DNA from: a virus
DNA: 64,000 nucleotides
Direction: 5' to 3' (one strand)
IMG/VR virus record: IMGVR_UViG_3300033066_000693
Coordinates: 128,001-192,000 of that record
The notes below the pieces were generated by a model. The model did not search any database. It saw only the letters and a program-made list of their open reading frames with translations, and had not been told where the DNA came from. Each line of letters opens with the position of its first letter. The first letter of the stretch is position 1. This document shows, one piece after another, positions 17,896 through 27,278 of the stretch. A program made the position numbers and the translations under genes.

Positions 17896-18391
17896 TAGTG
17901 GCTTCTTTAATAGGCTTCAATATCACAAAAATCTCACGATCCGCAACCTTTAGATCGTCCCATTTAGCGATATTGCGCAAATCAGCCACGTTCTCTTCGA
18001 GCATCTTTTTTGCATGTTCTTTGAATGCTCGTTCTCTTCCTTTAAGCTCCACACCAAACTTGACTATGCACTTCTTTTCCAGCATAGTTCGCACTTTATT
18101 CTTCTTGATGTCAATATCATGCTGATGCTCTTTTAGAACGAACATCATTTCTTTTGTCTTCACTGTCTTCTGCGCCGCCTTCTTAGAGGCTTCAAACTTC
18201 ATCTTGCCAACATCGCCCCACTTGCAGAGCGGTATCCCTTTTTCAGTCTTTGCAACCTGAATAAGGTCTAAGCCCTTTTCCTTTGCCTGAGAAATAGCCA
18301 ATCGCTTGACAACTTCTGCTCTCTGCCCGTCCTGACCAATCACTACTACAGTATGACCGTAGATCTCATCGTTTGCTAGTATCTTGTTCAC
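17861..18391 (-). CDS. infC: translation initiation factor IF-3
   Basis: The protein is collinear with bacterial IF3 over its full length. EIYGHTVVVIGQDGQ...AKEKGLDLIQVAKTEKGIPLCKWGDVGKMKFE aligns with EIRAQEVRLTGLEGE...[31 protein letters not shown]. The C-domain segment KFGVELKGRERAF...REIFVILKP aligns with RFRGREMAH...RQMIMVLAP. The start is a GTG at 18389-18391 preceded by AAGGAG with an 8-nt spacer. Confidence 0.85.
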   Translation of the reverse strand: MNKILANDEIYGHTVVVIGQDGQRAEVVKRLAISQAKEKGLDLIQVAKTEKGIPLCKWGDVGKMKFEASKKAAQKTVKTKEMMFVLKEHQHDIDIKKNKVRTMLEKKCIVKFGVELKGRERAFKEHAKKMLEENVADLRNIAKWDDLKVADREIFVILKPIKEATNVESTEAKPTG

Positions 18392-18403
18392 CCTTCCTAC
18401 TCC

Positions 18404-19339
18404 TTACACGAACTCTTTGGCCGTGTTTGTAAACTGAATATTCGTCTCTTGAATCCCCGCCAGAATCTCCGACAGTCCCTCTACATTGTAAGATAATGGA
18501 TAGGGTTGCAACGACTTGGTTGATCTAACGATCTTCTGCAACGTAGACTCGCCTTCTTTGCGAGCGTCTAGTAATATGTCGGCCACAATCTTCTTAGCTT
18601 TGATTACTGGTAAGCTTTTCTTGTTTACCAACCATGCCATCGCTATTACTACTCCATAGTTGGTAAGAAAGCTAATCTTGTCTACATTGAATGTACGATC
18701 TATGCTACCAAAATCTACCTCAACATTCGGGATAACAATGGCCGCAACTGATTGAGGCTCTTGATACTCTCTAAGAAAACGCTTTACAGAAGCTTTGTTT
18801 CTAATGTGGATAGGACGGAAAAACCCTGCCTTGGCAATAATCTTCTCTAGCTCATTGGCAACAAACCATTCTATGTAGTTCTTGATAAATGAGTTGGAGA
18901 CTTCGTAGCCATTCAGGTTTTTGAAATCTTCCTTGAGCGTCTTAATGGTAATAGCACCTACTTGATTTGTTGTAGTAAACTCAACGCCCGGATACTTGGC
19001 ACGATACAACTCTTTGAAGTGAACAAAGAAGTATGCTGGTTTCCATTCCTCAACAGGAAGTTCCATAGAATAACTACGTGGCTTCTTATACTTGATTTGG
19101 TTCCATTCAAGTTCACCGCTTGAGCCAGTTGGGTCAACTACCTTGCCGTGTTTGTCCACTACTTCTAGCTTTGGCTCGTCTATGATCTCAAAGATATCGT
19201 CCTGCTTTTGCTTTGTTTTAGGACCGATTCCAAGGAGAGCATTCTTCTCGCTCTTGCCGAGCATACTCTCAAAGGCCGAAGGCTTCTCGATAGTCTTCAT
19301 CTTTTCCTTTTTAGGCTTCTTCGCCATACTACTGCCCAA
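18404..19339 (-). CDS. hypothetical protein
   Basis: 311-aa ORF with a basic N-terminus. Confidence 0.5.
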   Translation of the reverse strand: MGSSMAKKPKKEKMKTIEKPSAFESMLGKSEKNALLGIGPKTKQKQDDIFEIIDEPKLEVVDKHGKVVDPTGSSGELEWNQIKYKKPRSYSMELPVEEWKPAYFFVHFKELYRAKYPGVEFTTTNQVGAITIKTLKEDFKNLNGYEVSNSFIKNYIEWFVANELEKIIAKAGFFRPIHIRNKASVKRFLREYQEPQSVAAIVIPNVEVDFGSIDRTFNVDKISFLTNYGVVIAMAWLVNKKSLPVIKAKKIVADILLDARKEGESTLQKIVRSTKSLQPYPLSYNVEGLSEILAGIQETNIQFTNTAKEFV

Positions 19340-20426
19340 TGATTACATATTCAACGCCGCTGGTATTATCCTCGGCGCGACACTTATACTCGTAGGAGAG
19401 TTCTTTCATTTCAACTTTTTTCTTGAAAGGCTTTACCATATCTGATATAGTGGTTATATCGGCCCAACTGCTATTGTTGTAGCTAATGGCCCATGCAGCA
19501 TTGCCGGGAAGCGCAGCCAACAAGTCTGCAAAACTCTCTTTGTACGTCTTAGCCTTAACAAACTTCTTTGAGGCGTCTTTGAGATATGGGATTTTTCCTA
19601 TCTCTTGCTGGGCAAGATACTCTTCAAAGAACTGATACATGAAAGCATAATCGCTTTGCTGTCCGCCATACGGAGGGTCAATGTATATGAGATCAAACTT
19701 CGTTTGATTAGCCTTCAAGAAGTCAAAAACATCTCCATGATTGCAATGGCTATGCGGTCCAGTAATGTTGAACAAGAACGGCTTCATCTTATGGAAAGCC
19801 ATCTCCTTGTTTTGATTGCGTTGATGCTCAAGGCGATGTTTGAGTCCAGCAATAACCTGACCGCTATTAAGCCTACCGCCTACGTAGCAATGACTCATAA
19901 TGAAATGAATCAATGACGTATGAGCAACTGCCATTTTTACGCTTACGGCGTCTCCAAATACCGCTTTGCAGTTTGCATAGTAGTTGTCTATAAACTTGCA
20001 TTCTCGAATAGTAAAACGAATGTCGCCATACTTGGCTTCAACGAAGTTGGCTTTGTTCTTGTTGTCGTTCTCGGTCAAGAACCGCCATTCTTCCTTCGAA
20101 ATTCGGCCCTCCTGACCATTCAACAAGGCTATGCCATTCAAATATGAAGATTGCAAGATATCGTTACAGGTGACAGTCTTTCCCAGCATCCTAAAGAAAG
20201 CTGAGACAACAGAGCTACCCATAAAAAGATCGCAAACGTTATGGATGGAGTCCCATTCGAGTGCGTCATAGAGAGCTAACCCTATATCTGGCAAGATCTT
20301 ACGTTTATTGCCAACATAGGGATTAGGAATAACTCCAAGCGAGTTTTGTGCCGTCAAAGCGTCTGACGTAAATGTATCTCTTGGGGACGACGCAAAGATA
20401 TTATCAAACTGCTCAAGCTTATGCAT
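19329..20426 (-). CDS. D12-class (alpha-class) N6-adenine DNA methyltransferase
   Basis: The N-terminal YVGNKRKILPDI...VCDLFMGSSVVSAFF matches the D12 opening GGK...EPFxGxGsv (motif I). The DPPY motif lies downstream in FDLIYIDPPYGG. Confidence 0.8.
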   Translation of the reverse strand: MHKLEQFDNIFASSPRDTFTSDALTAQNSLGVIPNPYVGNKRKILPDIGLALYDALEWDSIHNVCDLFMGSSVVSAFFRMLGKTVTCNDILQSSYLNGIALLNGQEGRISKEEWRFLTENDNKNKANFVEAKYGDIRFTIRECKFIDNYYANCKAVFGDAVSVKMAVAHTSLIHFIMSHCYVGGRLNSGQVIAGLKHRLEHQRNQNKEMAFHKMKPFLFNITGPHSHCNHGDVFDFLKANQTKFDLIYIDPPYGGQQSDYAFMYQFFEEYLAQQEIGKIPYLKDASKKFVKAKTYKESFADLLAALPGNAAWAISYNNSSWADITTISDMVKPFKKKVEMKELSYEYKCRAEDNTSGVEYVIIGQ

Positions 20427-21954
20427 GAACCGACGATCCTTTGAAGTCTTTGATTATGAACTCAGGCTCAGTTTCGTAGATGCGACGACGAGCCTTGCTA
20501 TGGCCCTGCATGTACTTCATATTGTCTTGGAAATCGACAATGTAAGCGTCCTTTTTGACGAAACCACTTATCGGATCAGAGAACGTTCTAATTACTCGAC
20601 CAACCCGCTGCAATGCTCTGGTTTGAGACTTACCGCTACCAGCAAGAATCAATCCGTCCAATGGCTTTACGTCAACGCCCTCGTCAAAGATAGACGTAGC
20701 AATGGTAATCGGAGCTTTCTTGATTCGCATTTGATCAATATGCGATTGTCGAACCTTGGCGCTATGAGAACCATTCAAAAATACGCTATTTGGGATCATT
20801 GATTCCAAAAGCTCGCCATGCTCGATATGTTTGCCCAAGATAAGAACGTGCCTACCTTCTTGTACCATGTTCTGAGCGATATTGGCGATCAGTAGGTTTC
20901 TCTCTTCATTCTGAACAATGCCTTCTTTATAGGCAGTCTGATACGTAATATCTTCGTCCAGCTTCTTACGAGTATGAACAAAGTATATAGTAGGTCTTAC
21001 TAGGATTCCTTGGCGGATAAGGAATGAAGCATTGATCTCTGCAATCATCTTGCCGAAGCAAGCGTCAATAAGGAGATCGTCGCCCATGTCTCTCCAAGGA
21101 GTAGCGCTCAGTCCATAGCGGAACCTAGCGTTCATGGAGTGGTCAGCAATTACTTGGCACGTTTCGGCTGCCCAGTGCTGCACTTCGTCGCAGATCATTC
21201 CTTTTGCGCGATGAATAAGATCGGCAATCAGAGCATAGCGGGCCTTAACTTCTTCAGAAGGCTCTTCCTTTTCTGCGTCTTCGTCGTCATACTTCTTGAA
21301 CTTTTCGCCAACCGCTCGAACAGCGGTTTGGATAGTCATGATGTTGATATCTCGGATATCGCACTTGCCGCCTCCGATAACGCCAACTTCAAGAGGCATT
21401 CCGCTGATATTGAGGAATCTCTCTAGCTCGGATTTTGCCTGTCGCAAAAGGTCTTGAGAAGTAACATAGAAGATAAACGGACCAACGCCAAGCTTTGCAA
21501 TAATGCCAGCGCCGATGGCGGTCTTTCCTCCGCCAGTTGCAACCTTGATAATCCCTCGCTGCTGCTTGACGGCCTTATCTATAACCTCTTGCTGATAATC
21601 TCTGACTTGGAAATCATGATTGGTGCCAAGGATTACTTGGTTTGAAGAGAAACCGCTACGCTCGTCTGAGGTTGAACAACCAACGCCATAGGCTCGGAAG
21701 AAGTCCGTAGCTCGGCTATAAAGACCTGTAGGAAAATGAACGCCGTCTTTCTTAATAGAACAACGACACCTAGCCTTATCATAGCATACGGTGGTTATGT
21801 ATCCATTCCAGTTTTTAGCGTTCTTCCCCTTCCACATACGGTTGGGGTCTTCGTATCCAAGAGTTTTCTTGAACTCCTGATACAGTTCTTTGGTCATCTT
21901 GCCAACAACGAAAGTTGTTGAGTCTTGAACTCGCAGAGTTATAGGTGTTGTCAT
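20419..21954 (-). CDS. superfamily-2 DExH-box DNA helicase (UvsW/Res-subunit-like)
   Basis: Walker A is in KVATGGGKTAIG and the DExH box in ICDEVQH. Motif III is LSATP and motif VI QRVGRVIR. Confidence 0.85.
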   Translation of the reverse strand: MTTPITLRVQDSTTFVVGKMTKELYQEFKKTLGYEDPNRMWKGKNAKNWNGYITTVCYDKARCRCSIKKDGVHFPTGLYSRATDFFRAYGVGCSTSDERSGFSSNQVILGTNHDFQVRDYQQEVIDKAVKQQRGIIKVATGGGKTAIGAGIIAKLGVGPFIFYVTSQDLLRQAKSELERFLNISGMPLEVGVIGGGKCDIRDINIMTIQTAVRAVGEKFKKYDDEDAEKEEPSEEVKARYALIADLIHRAKGMICDEVQHWAAETCQVIADHSMNARFRYGLSATPWRDMGDDLLIDACFGKMIAEINASFLIRQGILVRPTIYFVHTRKKLDEDITYQTAYKEGIVQNEERNLLIANIAQNMVQEGRHVLILGKHIEHGELLESMIPNSVFLNGSHSAKVRQSHIDQMRIKKAPITIATSIFDEGVDVKPLDGLILAGSGKSQTRALQRVGRVIRTFSDPISGFVKKDAYIVDFQDNMKYMQGHSKARRRIYETEPEFIIKDFKGSSVHA

Positions 21955-22178
21955 TACTGCTTCTTGGCTGAAGGAATCGTTACTCCCAACTGATAAATCG
22001 TTTCAGTCGGGACTTTCTTATTCCTTTTCCATCGTCTAAGTATGGATTGTTCGTCTTTAGGATCACGACCTTCGAACAAGGAGCCTTGCCCGTTATCATT
22101 TTCGCCGGGAAATGAACCGGGTTGTCGCTTCATATCAGAAGCGAGTCTTTCAAAGCTCTCTGTACTAAGCCTTTTCAT
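21954..22178 (-). CDS. hypothetical protein
   Basis: 74-aa ORF with a 1-nt overlap to the helicase gene. Confidence 0.4.
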   Translation of the reverse strand: MKRLSTESFERLASDMKRQPGSFPGENDNGQGSLFEGRDPKDEQSILRRWKRNKKVPTETIYQLGVTIPSAKKQ

Positions 22179-22425
22179 CCGTATTCACCCTTGCGGCAAC
22201 ATATGCTGCTCTAGACTCTAGAAGATTCTTGAGATTATCCAAACCTTCTCTTGTCCCGCCTAAGCGATGATATGCGTCAATAAACTGACCGCCTCTCATC
22301 ATTGTAAGAGAGTTTTCGACATTACTTAGATGTCTTTGCACTATAGCATTCATCTTCTTATGAAAGTCTACTTCTGATAGTCCATTGTAATTGATGGGTT
22401 CCGGCATTGTTCGTCCTTTTACCAA
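22165..22425 (-). CDS. hypothetical protein
   Basis: 86-aa ORF. Confidence 0.4.
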   Translation of the reverse strand: MVKGRTMPEPINYNGLSEVDFHKKMNAIVQRHLSNVENSLTMMRGGQFIDAYHRLGGTREGLDNLKNLLESRAAYVAARVNTDEKA

Positions 22426-23465
22426 ATACGAGTCTTCGTCAATAGCTCTTGCAACGTCTGATTTGGGGGAACTTGAAGACCGTCGCTTTGTACGCGCAAA
22501 AGCAGTTCAAAGGGAAGTTCGGTCATTCCCCGTCTCTGCCTCTCGTCCTCCACCTTGTCCCATAGGTCTTTACTAAAATCTTGAAGGCTCTTTGTAGTTG
22601 ACCAGTCTGGCCCTCGGACCATATCCATCATCTTTTCTGTCAAACCGAGGAACCAAAAGTTTCCAACAAGAGAGTTAGATTGGGCTGTTTTAATGTCTTT
22701 CTTGTCACCGTAGCTCAGAGCCATATTCTCTATATCCTTTGACTGACAAAGAATAGACAAAACGGCTAGGAAGTTGGCGACTTCTGATTCGTCGCTAAAG
22801 GCAACCCCTAGGAAATCCAATATACGGTCTTTCATGAAGAAATTAGAAAGAGCTTCTCGAATAAGAGCCTCTGGACTGTCTTCGGTTTTGACATGCAATC
22901 GCAAAGCCTCAACCAACAAAAAAGCCGAACGTACAGAGTTCTTTTCAATATCCAAATTGACAAACAAAGAAGGCTCTTGATCAGGTTGCTCTATAGCAAC
23001 TACGGCGTCAAATGCTTCTGAAGACTTGGCAACTACTCGAAGGTTCTTCAGCGGGATTTGCTTGTAAGGGCAGAATATGTTCTTGAGAAGCATCCATACA
23101 ACAGGGAATTGGTCGAGTTTCATTCCAAAAACGTCCTTCTTATCAAAAGACGGCTTGTTGTTATACTCAGTCTTGAAATCGCGCAATAACGATAGGAAAA
23201 GCTTCAAAAGCGAGTTGCGAGTCTCAAGAGTATCCAAGTTCCTGCCGCATATCGACCCCATCGCATTGATGTAGACAGAATAGATGGCAGCCATAGTGTC
23301 AAGAAGATTTCCGCCAGCTTTTAAGGCTATGTAGCCGTTTTGGAAGCATGGAGAGTCTATCTTCTCAAACTTTACAGAAAGGTCAATGAAGTCACAGTCT
23401 AGACGCTTGCACAATATCTGCAAGGCTTTATGAACAAAGGCGAAATTGCTTATCTTACAATCCAT
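22419..23465 (-). CDS. hypothetical protein
   Basis: 348-aa ORF. A 37-nt upstream gap at 23466-23502 is one of the few intergenic spacers. Confidence 0.5.
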   Translation of the reverse strand: MDCKISNFAFVHKALQILCKRLDCDFIDLSVKFEKIDSPCFQNGYIALKAGGNLLDTMAAIYSVYINAMGSICGRNLDTLETRNSLLKLFLSLLRDFKTEYNNKPSFDKKDVFGMKLDQFPVVWMLLKNIFCPYKQIPLKNLRVVAKSSEAFDAVVAIEQPDQEPSLFVNLDIEKNSVRSAFLLVEALRLHVKTEDSPEALIREALSNFFMKDRILDFLGVAFSDESEVANFLAVLSILCQSKDIENMALSYGDKKDIKTAQSNSLVGNFWFLGLTEKMMDMVRGPDWSTTKSLQDFSKDLWDKVEDERQRRGMTELPFELLLRVQSDGLQVPPNQTLQELLTKTRIW

Positions 23466-23502
23466 GCGTGTTTATTCGCAAATCCTGAACTAATTCCTTT
23501 GG

Positions 23503-24693
23503 TTATCTCTCGTGGTTCAGATTGACATTATAAGTCCAAGTAATGCCTATCTTAGGATGTATTCCGAACAGCTTTTGTTCGGCAATGTTACCCGGCATAG
23601 CATTGCTAAGGGAGTACACATCTCCGCCTACAAAGCATCCGTTCATAAGTATTCGACCATTGTGCGTCGTAAACTCAGAGCAGTTATGAAAATGGCCGCA
23701 AAGCGTATAGTTTGGAATCTGCTTTGTTAGACCAGTCATCTTTCGCTCAAGATCCAAGAAAGAAGTAACCGGAGGATTCTTGCCCTTTACGTCGTCTCCG
23801 TGAACCATCAAGAACTTATGGTTCTGTACCTCCTTGATCATCCACCAACTCTTCTCGATGTTGAACTTGATACGAGGTTGCTCTCTAAACTCAAGCTCAA
23901 GATACTTGTAGCAGAACAAGTCAAAGTTGTTGTACTTCTTCTCTGCGCCGGTCGGGGCAATGCGACCATGATTGCCATACAAACCATAGAACTCAACCTC
24001 GTCAAACAAGGTTAGCATGTAGTAGATGAAGTCGGCAATAGCTCGATAGCCGATCATAACTTGATCGAATACAGGCGTTCCAATGTAGACGGCTGACCAT
24101 GCGCCTGCGGTATTCGCTCCTTCAACTATGTCTCCTAGAGAGAAGATATGGAGCTTTGGAATCTTGTACAGCTTAGAGTGAAGCTCTTTGATATCAGTAA
24201 TGGCCTTCTTCAGATTTTCCATGCGCTGAAGAAAGATATCAATGTTGTACTCTGATAGTCCGCCTGTTTCTTCAAGCGTATGCTCATGCCCAACATGAAG
24301 GTCGCTAAAGATTAGCCCCATGTCTTCGGCTGTACGATGAGAAGAAACTGTCGGCGTATAAACCGGAGGCGGAGCAATAGGAAGCTTTCGAGCGGCTTCA
24401 TAAAGCTTGTCTGCTATGATGTCCGCTTGCAAACGGTACTTATCTAGAGACTTCCCGATGCTAACTTCATGCTTGAGAAGACCCTGAGTAATGGTGGCTT
24501 GGCGATTCTCTTTGGCTTCCTCGTCATGGAAGTCAAAGTCTTCCCAGTTTGTATCTTTGTTGTACTTCGTCTCGCAAGCAGCATAGCTGCGATTGAGCAT
24601 GGAGGCTATAACCTTGTAAGGCGTCCCCTTCTGTCTCTCGGTATAAAGTAGTTCTAGCTCTTCGTTTGTCCACTTCCTATCACAGCTTGACAT
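23503..24693 (-). CDS. calcineurin-like metallophosphoesterase (Mre11/SbcD-like nuclease) with N-terminal Myb/SANT-like segment
   Basis: The phosphoesterase motifs occur in order: SDLHVGH (D.H), GDIVEG (GD), GNHG (GNH), MVHGDD and CGHFHN (GH.H). The N-terminus KWTNEELELLYTERQKGTPYKVIASML is Myb-like. Confidence 0.75.
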   Translation of the reverse strand: MSSCDRKWTNEELELLYTERQKGTPYKVIASMLNRSYAACETKYNKDTNWEDFDFHDEEAKENRQATITQGLLKHEVSIGKSLDKYRLQADIIADKLYEAARKLPIAPPPVYTPTVSSHRTAEDMGLIFSDLHVGHEHTLEETGGLSEYNIDIFLQRMENLKKAITDIKELHSKLYKIPKLHIFSLGDIVEGANTAGAWSAVYIGTPVFDQVMIGYRAIADFIYYMLTLFDEVEFYGLYGNHGRIAPTGAEKKYNNFDLFCYKYLELEFREQPRIKFNIEKSWWMIKEVQNHKFLMVHGDDVKGKNPPVTSFLDLERKMTGLTKQIPNYTLCGHFHNCSEFTTHNGRILMNGCFVGGDVYSLSNAMPGNIAEQKLFGIHPKIGITWTYNVNLNHER

Positions 24694-25417
24694 TCTTAAT
24701 CCTTTGCAAAAATGCGGCCAAGACTGTATTGTAGGAAGACAACTGCTTGAGTTTGTTCCGACGAGTCATGCCGTTTGGGTTTACTCTGTACTTTATTAGG
24801 TAGTCTTGAAGATTGTGAAACTTCTTTCCTTCAAGGATAGCTCGACACCAGAAGTCAAAATCATGGGCTGAGTCAACGCTAGGGTTCTGCGTATAACCGC
24901 CCAATTGTTTGTAGTCTGCTACTCTAAACATCGACGTAGGATTGATAATCGGACACTTGCGATAAATCGCCAACATCGTCACGATTTCTTTGTGATCTGA
25001 TGGCGGGAAATCCCAATCTCCAATAAAATCGCCATGAACGCCTATCTTCTTTGCTCTGCCGCCCACGCAAAATACATCTGCATGTGAATCTAGATAGGCC
25101 GCTTGAGCCTCTAACCTATTCGACATGCTTATGTCGTCGCCGTCATGGATGGCAATATACTCTCCACGGGCTAGTTCGATAGCCTCTTTGGATCGAGCGC
25201 TCACTCCTCGATTTTCGCTCGAATCAATGTACCTAAACCGCTCATCATTAGCTTCTGTATGTAACGCTCGTATAATCTTTCCAGTATCGTCGGTTGAACC
25301 ATCGTTGATCACGATAAGCTCAAGGTCTTTATAGCTCTGATTGAGAATAGAACGAATAGACTCTTCTATGAAGTCTTGGCAGTTATAGGCAGGAGTTATA
25401 ACGGTTATCTTAGGCAT
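24680..25417 (-). CDS. family-2 glycosyltransferase (GT-A fold)
   Basis: PKITVITPAYNCQDFIEESIRSILNQSYKDLELIVINDGSTDDT is a canonical GT2 N-terminus. DGDD/DxD-like motifs are present. Confidence 0.85.
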   Translation of the reverse strand: MPKITVITPAYNCQDFIEESIRSILNQSYKDLELIVINDGSTDDTGKIIRALHTEANDERFRYIDSSENRGVSARSKEAIELARGEYIAIHDGDDISMSNRLEAQAAYLDSHADVFCVGGRAKKIGVHGDFIGDWDFPPSDHKEIVTMLAIYRKCPIINPTSMFRVADYKQLGGYTQNPSVDSAHDFDFWCRAILEGKKFHNLQDYLIKYRVNPNGMTRRNKLKQLSSYNTVLAAFLQRIKNVKL

Positions 25418-26537
25418 TCAAGAAAAAATCTCTGTATTGCATCTTAACTTTCGACCAATTGTATTCTTCTTCAACCTGAGTTCTTCCATCTATGCCCAAT
25501 CGCTTCCCTAGATCTTCATTGGTCAACAGAGTTGCTATATGCTCCTGAAAAGTCTTTGACACTTTTTCGTCAAACTTTAGAAGCTCGCCTTTTCCTTGAT
25601 GGGCCTCAACGCAATATCCGCCTCTAAGCTCTGGAACGTGCCCGACATTTAGAGCTACCCAAGGCTTTCTGGCCGCCATTGCCTCAAGAAGAACTATGGG
25701 TCCGCATTCGGTTTGCGATGGGAACACAAAGGCGTCTGCCCCAAAGTAGGACTGAACAACTAGCTCTCTAGGGGCGTCCTTTACAAAGACAACAGGCAAG
25801 TGCATTCGCTGGCAGTTATTCCTAATCATTTCCTGTAAACGATTGCCGGGAATAAAAGCCAATGTAGAAGAAACAAATACAAGAGTTACGTCATGCTCAG
25901 CGCTGATATTCTTTATGATCGGAAGAAGATACTCTTGCCCTTTTCCCGGAAAGAAGTTGGCCACGCACAGTATCATCTTGCTTGTAGTAACTCCAAGCCT
26001 CAGTCTAATCTCTTGAGGCTCAGGTCTAGGCTTATCAAACTCTACTAGATCAATAGCGTTGTGAATGATAGATACTGGGATTCCCCATTCTCTACAAACA
26101 CGAGCGTCTATGTATTTGTCTGCATGCGCCAACACTTTGAAGTGCTGGTGCTTTCGCCTAAAGACTTCGGTTACTGCCGCATTTCTCTCAAGGGAGGATC
26201 TCATGCGGTTCATGCCAACCAATCCAATACTCTTCTTGCCGGGAATTTTCTCTACATGATTGAGAATCAAGTCCCAACGGAAAAACCAATCGCTATAAAC
26301 AAAGACATGATCGGCTTGTTCTGAGACAAGTCTTCCCAAGAAGTCTCCCTCCGAGAGCTTTCCTACAGGACAGACTCGAACTCCGTTATAAACTGTTTCA
26401 TTAGAACCATGCTGACAGAAGACTACGCACTCCATGCCATAGTCTTTGGTCATGGATTCTGTTATCTGCTGTATAACTCTTTCTGCCCCGCCGGTATGAA
26501 AGGGTTGCGCAAAGTTGGTACAAACCGCTAACTTCAT
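25410..26537 (-). CDS. family-4 glycosyltransferase (GT-B fold)
   Basis: The GT4 C-terminal signature VFPSQTECGPIVLLEAMAARKPWVA (E...E/EAMA.G.PVV) is present. The likely start is the MKLAVCTNF Met at 26537, immediately after the upstream stop. The track start at 26597 would overlap the upstream gene by 64 nt. Confidence 0.85.
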   Translation of the reverse strand: MKLAVCTNFAQPFHTGGAERVIQQITESMTKDYGMECVVFCQHGSNETVYNGVRVCPVGKLSEGDFLGRLVSEQADHVFVYSDWFFRWDLILNHVEKIPGKKSIGLVGMNRMRSSLERNAAVTEVFRRKHQHFKVLAHADKYIDARVCREWGIPVSIIHNAIDLVEFDKPRPEPQEIRLRLGVTTSKMILCVANFFPGKGQEYLLPIIKNISAEHDVTLVFVSSTLAFIPGNRLQEMIRNNCQRMHLPVVFVKDAPRELVVQSYFGADAFVFPSQTECGPIVLLEAMAARKPWVALNVGHVPELRGGYCVEAHQGKGELLKFDEKVSKTFQEHIATLLTNEDLGKRLGIDGRTQVEEEYNWSKVKMQYRDFFLNA

Positions 26538-27277
26538 AGAGAAATGATAACTGGATGAGCCGCTTGTTTCATGGGAGGGAATGATTGCCCATCCCACTTC
26601 TTCCTAAACTTGTCATAGCTTTGACGGAAGATTTCCATACGGTCTTTATTCTTGCCTAGAGTCTGGTGCGGCATATGTATGACTTTCGCCTCATGATTCC
26701 ACCCTATCTTGAGTCCAGCTTTTCGAGCGCGAAAGTTAAAATCAGGATCTTCGAAGTATGCTGGATTGAACTGTTCGTCAAACATCCCAATCGTGTCAAC
26801 AACCTTCTTTTTCATCATCATGCCGCCACAGCCGACATAGGTAAACGGCTCGCCGCTTCTTTTACAGTTGTGTCTTGGCATAAAGGCGGAATCCATAAGC
26901 CATGCGTCCGCTCCTACTAGATCATAGTCGCCAGCCGCCAAGAATGCTAAATACTGATGCATCCAATGCTTTTGGACAAACTGATCATTATCCAAAAAGA
27001 ACAAGTAGTCTGTAGGATTACTCTGATACAGAGTAAAACCCATATTCCTACCGCCTATAACTCCTAGATTCTCTTGGTTGAGAACCAGAGTGGTGTTTTT
27101 GGATTCCAAGAAAAGAGCATCTTCCAGATACTCTTTTGTCCCGTCAGTTGAACCATTATCAATCATGATAAGGTTGAACTCGGACGAAGTGTTTTCGTAC
27201 AAACACTCAAGAAACTTCTTGGTGACTTCCTTGCCATTATATGACAGTACAACAATCGTTGCTGTAGGACTACTCAT
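26534..27277 (-). CDS. family-2 glycosyltransferase
   Basis: ATIVVLSYNGKEVTKKFLECLYENTSSEFNLIMIDNGSTDGT is a GT2 N-terminus and an FEDPDF DxD-like motif is present. Confidence 0.85.
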   Translation of the reverse strand: MSSPTATIVVLSYNGKEVTKKFLECLYENTSSEFNLIMIDNGSTDGTKEYLEDALFLESKNTTLVLNQENLGVIGGRNMGFTLYQSNPTDYLFFLDNDQFVQKHWMHQYLAFLAAGDYDLVGADAWLMDSAFMPRHNCKRSGEPFTYVGCGGMMMKKKVVDTIGMFDEQFNPAYFEDPDFNFRARKAGLKIGWNHEAKVIHMPHQTLGKNKDRMEIFRQSYDKFRKKWDGQSFPPMKQAAHPVIISL

Positions 27278-27278
27278 T

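Noticed and set aside
26534-26597. 64-nt overlap between the GT2 and GT4 genes.
   Set aside because: The GT4 family N-terminus MKLAVCTNFAQPF starts at the Met at 26537, immediately after the GT2 stop. The long overlap comes from ORF-calling extension.
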